In this document: positions 46,839 to 55,591 of the stretch, in pieces
How positions within the stretch are numbered: the stretch's first letter is position 1
Layout of the letters: the number at the start of each line of letters is the position of its first letter
Source: a virus
Direction: 5' to 3' (one strand)
DNA length: 64,000 nt
IMG/VR virus record: IMGVR_UViG_3300020171_000728
Coordinates: 1-64,000 of that record
Notes under the pieces: generated by a model
Database searches by the model: none
The model's input: only the letters and a program-made list of their open reading frames with translations
What the model was told of the DNA's origin: nothing
Program-made: the position numbers and the translations under genes

Positions 46839-47807
46839 TTAATTCATATAAATATCATCCCATTTATATCCACTTTTTCCTGTTTCAATAACATTTAAAA
46901 GATTTTTAACTAGTGGCTTGTAATCAAAATATCTAAGAATAAATGCTTGCCCTCTTTTTGCAATCATTTTTCTTTCTCTTTCATTTTTAAGATAATATTG
47001 TATTTTTTCTTCCATTTCTTCAACTGTATCAAACCAATCTAAATGATAACCTCTTTTAAATATTTTGTCTATATTCCCAAAATTATGACACAAATAAAAT
47101 GTTCCACATGCCATATAGTTCCCTAGTCGGTCAGAAGACCATTTTACTGTATGGTTGAAACTATTAACACCAATTCCGATTTTTGTGCTATTTATCGCAT
47201 ATAAATATTCTGGGTCTCCTAGCCAACCAGACAAACCATACACCCTAGCATTTTTATATTTCAAAAGTTTATCAATCACTTCATTTCTCAAGTCATTATT
47301 CCCTGTAGATTTAGTCCCAGTCCATAAAATATCAGATTCCCATTCTGGCAAAGGTTTAATATCTTTATAATAATCAGAATCTGTAAAAGCGATTATAGAA
47401 CAAACTCCTTTCATATTAGGAAGTAAATGTTTTTTAAGATAATCTCCACCGAATGTTCCAAAAAAATAATCAATATGTTTATTATGTGCTAAGTCATGTT
47501 CTGTTGGTTCGATGCGAACATCTGCCGCCCATTTTACAAAAACTGCACCAGGGTGCATACTCCTTAACTGTTCTATCGTTTCTGGTAATATTCTCTCACA
47601 TTTTCCAAACCAAAAAATATCTGGCTTAATTTGCTCAGATATTTCTAATAATCTTTGATTAGGTTCAGGCTCAGCTCTGTAATCAATTCTTGTTACTTTA
47701 TATCCATTGGCTTCAAGCCCATTCGCAAAAACTTGGTCACCGCAATAAGGGCTTGCCTGATGAATATGTCTTGGGTTGTATACCCCGACTGTAATAGCTT
47801 TTTTCAT
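46839..47807 (-). CDS. glycosyltransferase-like protein (possibly GT-B/CgeB-like)
   Basis: 322 aa, Rossmann-like alternating pattern; weak. Confidence 0.3.
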   Translation of the reverse strand: MKKAITVGVYNPRHIHQASPYCGDQVFANGLEANGYKVTRIDYRAEPEPNQRLLEISEQIKPDIFWFGKCERILPETIEQLRSMHPGAVFVKWAADVRIEPTEHDLAHNKHIDYFFGTFGGDYLKKHLLPNMKGVCSIIAFTDSDYYKDIKPLPEWESDILWTGTKSTGNNDLRNEVIDKLLKYKNARVYGLSGWLGDPEYLYAINSTKIGIGVNSFNHTVKWSSDRLGNYMACGTFYLCHNFGNIDKIFKRGYHLDWFDTVEEMEEKIQYYLKNERERKMIAKRGQAFILRYFDYKPLVKNLLNVIETGKSGYKWDDIYMN

Positions 47808-47820
47808 ACTTTAAAAGTAT

Positions 47821-48087
47821 TTATCGATAGATTACATATGCCTTAGGCGATGTGCCTGTAAGCGTTGCGTATAAACCAGTTGCCGCTTTAACCCCTGGTT
47901 GTGTTATTGTAAAAATTTCAGTTGTATTGGCAGCAGCTTTTAATGTTGCTAAAACACTACCGCTTCCATCAGAACTATCATCTACTGCCACGCTGGCAGC
48001 GTCAGAACCAGCTGTAAGAATTATGGAAGATAAACGTGTATTCCCAGTAACTACAAGTCCAGATGTTGTTTTTTCTACACTAATCAT
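47821..48087 (-). CDS. small Ser/Thr/Ala-rich protein
   Basis: 88-aa ORF, beta-rich composition. Confidence 0.25.
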   Translation of the reverse strand: MISVEKTTSGLVVTGNTRLSSIILTAGSDAASVAVDDSSDGSGSVLATLKAAANTTEIFTITQPGVKAATGLYATLTGTSPKAYVIYR

Positions 48088-48751
48088 TTTTATTCTCTCC
48101 TTTCATTAACTCAATTTGTTTTAAAAAATCTACTTGATTTATTATCGGTGGATCGCCTATGTGCCCGATTTCTATAGATGGATCGCAATAAATTTTATAA
48201 CCCCCCTTTTTGGCTTTTTGACAGAATCTCATATCCACCGACCAATGTTTTCCTTCTGAATCATAATCCGTCCAAAACCATGGATATTTTATTTTTTTGA
48301 AAACTTCTGTTTTAATAAGTAGAACAGAAGAACCTATCGCATCAACTTCGCAAAATTTATTTGGAAGAATCGGGAAATACTGTTTATCTCTTTTGGCGTA
48401 TACGCATGGAGCAAAATCTCCTCTACGTTTAAATGCCAATACTCCTATAATGTCTTTGTCATGTTCATTTAATCTAAAATAAACATCTGGCGGAATTGTC
48501 ATATCGTCATCGATCATTAAAATCTTTTCATACTCGTAATCAGTGTCTTCTAATACTTTTTGAACAATTTGATTACGAGCAAAATCTATCATTACTCTTG
48601 GCAACCAAACAACTTTTGTATTTTCAGGAATTCCTATTGTCATTAATGAACTAGCAAATCTATAATCTACTGTTCCTAATGTTGGTATTCCTATAACTAA
48701 TTTTGATTTTATTTTTTGTCTCATAGACTGTTTGTCTTGAGGTCTCTCCAA
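48080..48751 (-). CDS. GT2 family glycosyltransferase
   Basis: LVIGIPTLGTVDYRF...ILMIDDDMTIPP (DxD). Confidence 0.5.
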   Translation of the reverse strand: MERPQDKQSMRQKIKSKLVIGIPTLGTVDYRFASSLMTIGIPENTKVVWLPRVMIDFARNQIVQKVLEDTDYEYEKILMIDDDMTIPPDVYFRLNEHDKDIIGVLAFKRRGDFAPCVYAKRDKQYFPILPNKFCEVDAIGSSVLLIKTEVFKKIKYPWFWTDYDSEGKHWSVDMRFCQKAKKGGYKIYCDPSIEIGHIGDPPIINQVDFLKQIELMKGENKND

Positions 48752-48838
48752 TCTTATAACACAACCTATAATAAGAAGTAGGTTAGCGTGTTATAAGATA
48801 ACTCAAGGATTATTTAATAACTATTAATCACTAAAAGA

Positions 48839-49465
48839 TTATGGAGTCGATGCAAAACCAAGTCTCCAGTTACCCCAAGCAACAAATCCACGCCAGTCGC
48901 AACCATAATACCATTTCTTCCTTAAGAAGGCTGATTCCGTATCACCAATAAGGTTTTGGAATTCAGGTGCCCTTCTCATTTGAAGAATAATTGGATTCAT
49001 GACATGCGTAGTATCAAATAGATACCAAGCGTCTGCATCTGTCAAATAAGGACTGATAACTAAGTCAAGAGAACCCTTCAACACGTTTATAGCCAATTTT
49101 GTTGTAGTTGTTCCTTCTTCTGGATAATAAGTGGACTTAAGGATTTCCTTAGCTTCCCACTCATTAGCAGGAGCGACAACTAATACATTTGGTCTAACGT
49201 GAGCTGGCTTTCCCTTGTCATCTTTGAAGTTAACCATTGCCGTGATAGCTGTTTGAAGAGCTGTTGCACTCAAGGCACTGCTACCAAGATTAGATTGTGT
49301 TCCTGAATCTCCTTCACTGTGATTAGTTGCGTAAAAAGCTTTAGCGTCATAACAACTAACTGTCTTATTCTCAAAGTGAGAACCAGAACTACCAGTTGTA
49401 TTTTCGCCTTGCAGTATTAAACCAAAAACCAATTCATCAAAGAATCTTTTGGCTTCAACAGCCAA
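48839..49465 (-). CDS. major capsid protein, exon 2 (Mu gpT-like C-terminal part)
   Basis: 208-aa ORF in the capsid position after the protease/scaffold and decoration genes; continues the N-terminal fragment at 50257..50640 across an endonuclease-containing gap; the true 5' boundary is unknown. Confidence 0.5.
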   Translation of the reverse strand: MAVEAKRFFDELVFGLILQGENTTGSSGSHFENKTVSCYDAKAFYATNHSEGDSGTQSNLGSSALSATALQTAITAMVNFKDDKGKPAHVRPNVLVVAPANEWEAKEILKSTYYPEEGTTTTKLAINVLKGSLDLVISPYLTDADAWYLFDTTHVMNPIILQMRRAPEFQNLIGDTESAFLRKKWYYGCDWRGFVAWGNWRLGFASTP

Positions 49466-50256
49466 TTCTTTAACACGGATTTTGATTTGTCCATATTGCC
49501 TATTGTCTCATGCCTGGACATTTCTGCCAGGACTCCGATTACTCGGAGGTTCAGATTATATCTTACACTCAAGTTTATATTCAGGATAAACCTTGAGTAT
49601 TTCTGCGCTTAATGGTGATTTACTTAACATTTGATACTTTAAATCAATTTTATAATACATTGATGGTGGAATAAATGGTTTAATAAGTTGAATAAACTTT
49701 AAACCCTCTTTTACTCCACAATATAAAGCAAATTGATTTCTAAGTTTGAAAATGTGCCATGAAATGTCCCATTTTCTTTCGAAATAATTTTGAATTAGAT
49801 TTTGTTCTTTCAGTGTGAATCCACCTGTATAAAGCAATATTTTTCTATCACCTTTTTTACCGTTTTTTCTATCACTTCTTGAAAATCTAAAACTTCCATC
49901 ATCCATATACCAAATAGCTAATGAGAGAGGAGTTAATTTGGAAAGTATTCTTTGGTCTATTTTCTTTTTACCAGATTTATAGAACACATTCCTGCGTAAA
50001 TGAGTAAAGTATGGATATACTGTAGTTCTAAACCCAACTTGTTCAAATCTCTTATCATTAAAGCCACAACCAACAGTTCTTTTAAATTGTTTAGTTTTCC
50101 ACAATTTTGAAACTATCGTATGTAGCCATTCAGAGTATTCTTTGTGCTGAATACACTGAATATGTTCGAGTCTTGAATTTCTATTTTTATTAGGTAGAGG
50201 ACTAAGATAACCATCACCCATTAAAATGCCATAGGCAATTTCCTCTTTCGTAAATC
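49466..50256 (-). other. candidate group I intron interrupting the major capsid gene
   Basis: About 790 bp between the two capsid ORF fragments, carrying a free-standing double-motif LAGLIDADG ORF; exact splice boundaries not determined. Confidence 0.4.
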
Positions 50257-50260
50257 TCAT
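49556..50260 (-). CDS. double-motif LAGLIDADG homing endonuclease (intron-encoded)
   Basis: Two LAGLIDADG motifs, ILMGDGYL and IWYMDDGSF; 234 aa; its start codon overlaps the stop of the capsid exon-1 ORF (ATATGA). Confidence 0.6.
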   Translation of the reverse strand: MRFTKEEIAYGILMGDGYLSPLPNKNRNSRLEHIQCIQHKEYSEWLHTIVSKLWKTKQFKRTVGCGFNDKRFEQVGFRTTVYPYFTHLRRNVFYKSGKKKIDQRILSKLTPLSLAIWYMDDGSFRFSRSDRKNGKKGDRKILLYTGGFTLKEQNLIQNYFERKWDISWHIFKLRNQFALYCGVKEGLKFIQLIKPFIPPSMYYKIDLKYQMLSKSPLSAEILKVYPEYKLECKI

Positions 50261-50640
50261 ATAATCGTTGCACCTTCCCCCCGCCAGGGGCTTGGCTCAG
50301 AGTAATCCCGAAGGACTTCCTCTGAATTCACAGAATTTATAGACGAGCAATAATAAGGCTTCTCGTCTTCAATCGCATCTCTATCAACTGAGATTGTGCT
50401 TTCCCAGCTGTAGTTTGATACAGTAAAGTAGTATTCAGTCAAATCTTCCTCTTTTCTTTCATCTTTCCATTCTTTCATTTTCGGAACGGCTCCAAGCCAT
50501 GGGTATGTTTCTTCAGACTTTTTGGATTCTAACGTGGTAGTAATCCTGTCATAGTCAGCAGTTGCTGTCTCATACGCGCCCATGAACTCAGTTCTCATTC
50601 CAGCTGTTAATAGTTTGGGGATATCGCCTTTTGTAATCAT
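50257..50640 (-). CDS. major capsid protein, exon 1 (Mu gpT-like N-terminal part)
   Basis: ETYPWLGAVPKMKEWKDER matches the conserved Y.WLG..P.mreW..eR block of Mu-like major head subunits; the ORF stops right at the endonuclease start. Confidence 0.5.
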   Translation of the reverse strand: MITKGDIPKLLTAGMRTEFMGAYETATADYDRITTTLESKKSEETYPWLGAVPKMKEWKDERKEEDLTEYYFTVSNYSWESTISVDRDAIEDEKPYYCSSINSVNSEEVLRDYSEPSPWRGEGATII

Positions 50641-51053
50641 TATTTCGTGGCTAGATCAATTCTGATACGAACAGTTGAGCTACTTGGGACATCTACGACA
50701 TATCCTGCCAAAATCGAGTTGGTGCTTGATGCAGCAACCGTTTGGTCATCTTCGATATACATAGCTGTTCCGATATCCGTTTGTGATGCTGAAGCCTTTG
50801 TGAATACATAGGTTCCAGTTTTATACAAACGAACAGCTTTAGCTCCGTCTGTTGCGCTACCTGAATTGTCTGATTTTTCTACTGATACGCCTAAAAACGT
50901 ATAAGCTCCGGCATCGGAGCCAGGTGAGGCATATCCAGTCCCTAAATCAACAACTAATGCTCCCTTATAGATAGTAGCACTTCCTTTGACTGGGTAACTT
51001 ACAATTTCTCCGTCTTGTCTCTTAGTGTCATAATTAGCACTAAGTGCGGTCAT
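50640..51053 (-). CDS. capsid decoration/stabilisation protein candidate (DUF2190-like)
   Basis: 137 aa, Gly/Ala/Ser/Thr-rich beta protein between the scaffold and capsid genes. Confidence 0.35.
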   Translation of the reverse strand: MTALSANYDTKRQDGEIVSYPVKGSATIYKGALVVDLGTGYASPGSDAGAYTFLGVSVEKSDNSGSATDGAKAVRLYKTGTYVFTKASASQTDIGTAMYIEDDQTVAASSTNSILAGYVVDVPSSSTVRIRIDLATK

Positions 51054-51073
51054 ATATTTATATTGTAATGAAC

Positions 51074-53167
51074 TTAAAACAAAGTTGATTTATCTTCTTT
51101 AGCCTTATTAGCTGCCTTTCGAGCATATTTCCATGCTTCACGAGTTTGATTTTCATCTAAACCCATGTTGCCATAGAAATCTTTAACATCCTGAGGAACA
51201 CCTTTATTCTTTTTCTTTTTCAACTTAGCAATTTCTTGTGTTCCTTTTTCCTCAAAATCAACTATTTTAGGCTGTTTATCTAAGAAAGAAGTTAAAATCT
51301 TTTTGATGTCGACCTGCTCATCTCCGAGATTTACCTCTGACTTCGATGTTAAGAGCGAAATTACGACTTCTTTTTGAGCGGGGACTACTTTCCCTTTCCC
51401 AAGATATTCATAATACACCCTTTCGGCTTCAGCAAGATCAACTTTATGCTCACTGACTACCGCTTCAGAACGATTTTTAAGTTCAGCATCGGACTTTACT
51501 CCTAATGCTTTACTTATTTTGTCTTCCAAAGATTTTACTTCGACTTTAATGTCTTTACTTATTGTTTTACTTTTTTTAATTTTTTTCATTGTTTTATTTT
51601 CTTTTGTCTTTTCATCGACCTTTTTTTCTACTTTATTTTCACTTACATCCTTTTTTAATTCTTCCTTACATATTTTAGCAGCTTCAGCCATGGTCTTACC
51701 ATCTTTCATTTCTCTTCCGATACATTTGCTATATGCAGATTTTTTAACAACTTTCTTTTTCTTTTTCTTTTTTGGTTTTTCTTCTTGTTCTTCTTCCTGT
51801 CCCTCTTCATCCTGCTTTTCTATTTTCTTTTTTTCTTTCTTTTCTTCTTTATTCTCTTCTTTCTTTTTCATTTTTTTCTTTTTTCTTTCTTCTTCTAATT
51901 CTAATTTTATTTCTTTGGTAATTTGTTTTTTCAAATCATTTTTAAATAATTCTATCATATCTTCTGTTGTTGGTTTTGTATCAGACAAAGAAATAATATT
52001 TTTATCACTAAATTCTTCTGACAATTCCGTGAATCCACTCATTCCTTTAATATATGGTTCAGCAACCAATGCGGCATGAAGTAATGTTGGACCTACTTGT
52101 TCCCCACTTTTTTTATTCATATAATCTTCATCAATACTAGCCGAAACACATTTGATTAAACCATCTCTGATTTTTTGAGCAACTTTTTCATCTTTAATCT
52201 CACAAATTATGTCAAGACCATCTTCTGTAGGAATTAGGTCAACAACCTCTCCAGCATTTTTAATTGGGTCAGAAGTATGTGAAAGAGGAACATAAACATG
52301 TTCAATTGTTTTATCTTTAAAATTCTTAGCAATTGTGTTTATAGAATCTTTATTGATATCTAATATTCCACCATCTGCATCCCAATGATACCACTTACCA
52401 GTTTTTAGAAGTTGCTTTCTAAATTTATTTCCATCCAATTCAATAGTATCAGTATTATTAATCTCATAAACATTTTCGGATTTATCTGACAATCCAAGTA
52501 TATTAGATTTGATATCTTTTATTTTCTTTACATTTTTAATTTTATTTTTTTTCATTTCTTCTAATTTAATAGCTTTTTCAACATACCAGTTAATTGCCCT
52601 AGCTTTTACATTAGCAGGAATAGAAACTAATGATGCTTCAAAAAGCTCTAATCTTGTTATTTTTCTAACAAATTTATCTGGGTTCATAAACATCCGATAT
52701 CTCAAGCTACCCTCATCTTCATCTTTATCGCCTTCTTTCTTTTTCTTTGGATTAATTTCTTCTATAGCTTCTTTAATAACTTTTCCTTTAATAGAAAATT
52801 TAGAGATAATTCCTTCTTGAACTTTCGTCCATATTTTACCCTCAGATTTTGATAATTTAATTTTAACCCAAAGACCATTCTTATCAAAATCAGTTTCTAA
52901 TATTTTACCAATAGGGCGATCCATATTATGGTTAAATAAAACTGTAGAATATTTTAAAAGGTCATTTTTTGAATGCTTAATAGCCTCATCTGTAATTATT
53001 GTATTACCTGAGTCAATATCTGAAGTCATTATATATCCCTCAATAATATAATCACCTTTTTGTATTTTTTTATCTTTCTTAACAACTTTTATGCTTTTTT
53101 CAACACTTTCAATACTGTGATAATTTTTCACAATATCAGCATCAAAGCTAAATTGTATAATTTTCAT
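51074..53167 (-). CDS. prohead protease - scaffold fusion with long K/E-rich linker
   Basis: N-terminal about 250 aa protease-like region; central EEERKKKKMKKKEENKEEKKEKKK charged coiled-coil; C-terminal helical scaffold-like region; position between portal and capsid. Confidence 0.45.
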   Translation of the reverse strand: MKIIQFSFDADIVKNYHSIESVEKSIKVVKKDKKIQKGDYIIEGYIMTSDIDSGNTIITDEAIKHSKNDLLKYSTVLFNHNMDRPIGKILETDFDKNGLWVKIKLSKSEGKIWTKVQEGIISKFSIKGKVIKEAIEEINPKKKKEGDKDEDEGSLRYRMFMNPDKFVRKITRLELFEASLVSIPANVKARAINWYVEKAIKLEEMKKNKIKNVKKIKDIKSNILGLSDKSENVYEINNTDTIELDGNKFRKQLLKTGKWYHWDADGGILDINKDSINTIAKNFKDKTIEHVYVPLSHTSDPIKNAGEVVDLIPTEDGLDIICEIKDEKVAQKIRDGLIKCVSASIDEDYMNKKSGEQVGPTLLHAALVAEPYIKGMSGFTELSEEFSDKNIISLSDTKPTTEDMIELFKNDLKKQITKEIKLELEEERKKKKMKKKEENKEEKKEKKKIEKQDEEGQEEEQEEKPKKKKKKKVVKKSAYSKCIGREMKDGKTMAEAAKICKEELKKDVSENKVEKKVDEKTKENKTMKKIKKSKTISKDIKVEVKSLEDKISKALGVKSDAELKNRSEAVVSEHKVDLAEAERVYYEYLGKGKVVPAQKEVVISLLTSKSEVNLGDEQVDIKKILTSFLDKQPKIVDFEEKGTQEIAKLKKKKNKGVPQDVKDFYGNMGLDENQTREAWKYARKAANKAKEDKSTLF

Positions 53168-53290
53168 AATTTTTCTTACTCTCCTATTGTTTGTTTATAA
53201 TAAAACTAATTTTATAAAAGGGTCAAATAAATAATTATTTATAAATAATTATTTTTTATAAATTCCCAATACGTGAAGTCCAAATCACTT

Positions 53291-53701
53291 TTATTTTACT
53301 TTACTTTTCGCTGAACATGAATGATAACTTTGCTGTTTATCATAATCTTGTGGTGTTAGATTGCAATGTTCTTCTTTTCTCTTTTCCCAATAACTATCCG
53401 ACAAAAGGAAATCAGACATTGCCCCTTCTAATTCTCGTTTTGCTCCTACAATATATTCCCTAAAAACAGTATCTCCCAAAAAATCAAATCTAATGTTTTC
53501 AAGTATCTCATAAGCATTTGTAATCTGGCTTCTAACAACACTTGCTCTTATCTTTGCGATTTTAATTTCTCGCCCTTTTTGTTTATATGCCCTATCCATT
53601 AACTCTATTTTAGAAAATGGTCTTGGCATTGGCATTTCTATTTTTCCAATAGTTTTTTTAGTCATAATTTTCATTTCTTCCAAATGAACTTTGAACTTCA
53701 C
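53291..53701 (-). CDS. hypothetical protein
   Basis: 136-aa ORF. Confidence 0.3.
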   Translation of the reverse strand: MKFKVHLEEMKIMTKKTIGKIEMPMPRPFSKIELMDRAYKQKGREIKIAKIRASVVRSQITNAYEILENIRFDFLGDTVFREYIVGAKRELEGAMSDFLLSDSYWEKRKEEHCNLTPQDYDKQQSYHSCSAKSKVK

Positions 53702-53752
53702 ATATTGAGAGGGGAGGTTGTTTTTTTACCTCCCCATTAATTAGCATAGAAA

Positions 53753-53935
53753 TTACTCATAGCGTTCGCCATATTCCTTCACGGCGCACTCGTAGCATAA
53801 TCCGTTGATATGCTTACCAGAAATCTCTGGCAGGCAAAAGGACTGGTCAGAACAATTTTTACAGGTTTCCGTTTTATTGGAAACATCGTCTATACAACCA
53901 ACTAAAATGTCGCAATGTCCGCAAACTATTATCAT
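53753..53935 (-). CDS. small Cys-rich (zinc-ribbon-like) protein
   Basis: CGHCD...C...CKNC...C...CYEC in 60 aa. Confidence 0.3.
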   Translation of the reverse strand: MIIVCGHCDILVGCIDDVSNKTETCKNCSDQSFCLPEISGKHINGLCYECAVKEYGERYE

Positions 53936-54207
53936 ATCTCTACTCCTTCCTTTCTCAGAAGTTCAATCATTAAAAGTTCATTTCCTATCTCACCTTTGAA
54001 ATAGAATGTGTGCTTATCAAGGTCAAACCTGACCTTACATCCGCACTCATCAGCCAGTCTTTGTATCATCATTACAAGTGCATTTTCTTCCATCTTTACA
54101 CCTCTTCTTGAAATCTTGACAAAATCTTCCTTCTTGGAACGGATAGGCAACCACTTCGTTTTTAACATCGCAAATAAAAGTTCCGAATGTGCGATAGAAA
54201 TGGTCAC
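53932..54207 (-). CDS. small hypothetical protein
   Basis: 91-aa ORF; overlaps 54050..54238 in another frame. Confidence 0.25.
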   Translation of the reverse strand: MTISIAHSELLFAMLKTKWLPIRSKKEDFVKISRRGVKMEENALVMMIQRLADECGCKVRFDLDKHTFYFKGEIGNELLMIELLRKEGVEI

Positions 54208-54239
54208 AACTTACGCATCTATGTTCGAAGTTAGGCATA

Positions 54240-54437
54240 TCACTCCTCCTTTATTATCCAAATAGTAGTATGACATTCGTCTTTTTCCATTTCGATATCA
54301 ACTATTATCCGTTTCGGTTGTCTGCATTGCTTGCAACAGACAAGAGCATTATGTATTTCTAATAGCGCCATCTTTCCATCATAAATATTTATCATACCCT
54401 TAATACTTTTCATTTTTACCTCCCACAATGTTGACAT
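54240..54437 (-). CDS. small Cys-containing protein
   Basis: 65 aa with CCKQCRQ. Confidence 0.25.
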   Translation of the reverse strand: MSTLWEVKMKSIKGMINIYDGKMALLEIHNALVCCKQCRQPKRIIVDIEMEKDECHTTIWIIKEE

Positions 54438-54634
54438 ATTCGTTTATGTTTTGTTGTTTTGAGGCAACTATTATGATAGCGACATTCTAAGCAAAATGTG
54501 TCCTGTCCACTGTAGTTCAAACAATATTCCATTTCACAAACAGGGCAAGACGCTTTTAGGTTCTCATATTCGCTTCGTTCCCGTCGTGTCATCTGCCTCG
54601 CGATAGCCCAGCAAGCGTCATTAAGTTTGCTCAT
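54416..54634 (-). CDS. small zinc-finger protein
   Basis: CPVCE..C...CLEC...C...CQHCG in 72 aa. Confidence 0.3.
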   Translation of the reverse strand: MSKLNDACWAIARQMTRRERSEYENLKASCPVCEMEYCLNYSGQDTFCLECRYHNSCLKTTKHKRICQHCGR

Positions 54635-54868
54635 ATTCTACCTCTATAACGGTTAAGTGTATGGGTGAATAACCTTTACAATTGCTATTCTCTTCACTGT
54701 GCTGACATTCTGGACATCTGCCCCATCCGTCTACATAAAACGGTGCTTCGGGGCGGAATACTTGATAAAAGCATCGTTTCATTGGCTTCTCCTTTCTATG
54801 CTTATTTTCATTGCTTTATTCGGCAACGGTTTTTAAGGAACTACTAACCCAATCATTTTCAACTTTTA

Positions 54869-55156
54869 TCAAAAATACTTTCCAATAATAAATCCTGCTA
54901 ATCCCAAACAAATTGAAATAAGGGCGGTCATCGTTATCCAAAATAGTTTGGAACTTTTTATTTTTTCTTTTATTTTAATATCCTCCTTTTCAAGGGCAAT
55001 AATCCCTCCCTTGTTAATGGCTGATTTTTCCTCGTGCTTTGTCATTCTTCCGTTCGTTATGTCTAAACGCCTATGGACACCAGTAAAACCAGTCGCCATT
55101 TTTTCAGTTAGGTTATTAATTTTTTCTAATAATAATTCAAGTGTTATTTGGGACAT
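54869..55156 (-). CDS. small protein with C-terminal TM helix
   Basis: 95 aa, coiled-coil N-terminus, hydrophobic C-terminal 25 aa. Confidence 0.3.
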   Translation of the reverse strand: MSQITLELLLEKINNLTEKMATGFTGVHRRLDITNGRMTKHEEKSAINKGGIIALEKEDIKIKEKIKSSKLFWITMTALISICLGLAGFIIGKYF

Positions 55157-55158
55157 AC

Positions 55159-55485
55159 TTATATAATATCTAAGTCATCTCTTTTATAATGTTTTAATTT
55201 TCTATTTTTCAATTCATTAACAATTATAGAATGGATACTTACAATCATTTTATTTTTTTCTATTTGATGCAAATAGTGATGTGCATCTAATAACCCTTTA
55301 TCAGTTAATAGTGTTATAGATTTTTTTATTTTTTTTGTATGTGTTTCTCCAAGGTGAGGAACATCATTTTTATCCCAGCAAATATTTCTATACTGATTTT
55401 TCTTTAATTTCCATCTTTTGCTTGGACCTGATACTCTCCTAACTCTACCTTTTTCACGAATGCACTTGTCAAATTTAATTGGCAT
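55159..55485 (-). CDS. hypothetical basic protein
   Basis: 108-aa ORF. Confidence 0.25.
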   Translation of the reverse strand: MPIKFDKCIREKGRVRRVSGPSKRWKLKKNQYRNICWDKNDVPHLGETHTKKIKKSITLLTDKGLLDAHHYLHQIEKNKMIVSIHSIIVNELKNRKLKHYKRDDLDII

Positions 55486-55591
55486 TTATATATCTCTTTA
55501 ATCATCATTATAAACTATGGGTATTAATGGTTTACCACATTTTGAACAATATTCTCGACCTTTCTTGTTTTTAGCCCCACAGAATTTACAC

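Noticed and set aside
54050-54238. 62-aa Cys-rich ORF
   Set aside because: It overlaps 53932..54207 in another frame, and only one can be real. It is kept out of the features but may be the true gene of the pair, since it has more CxxC pairs
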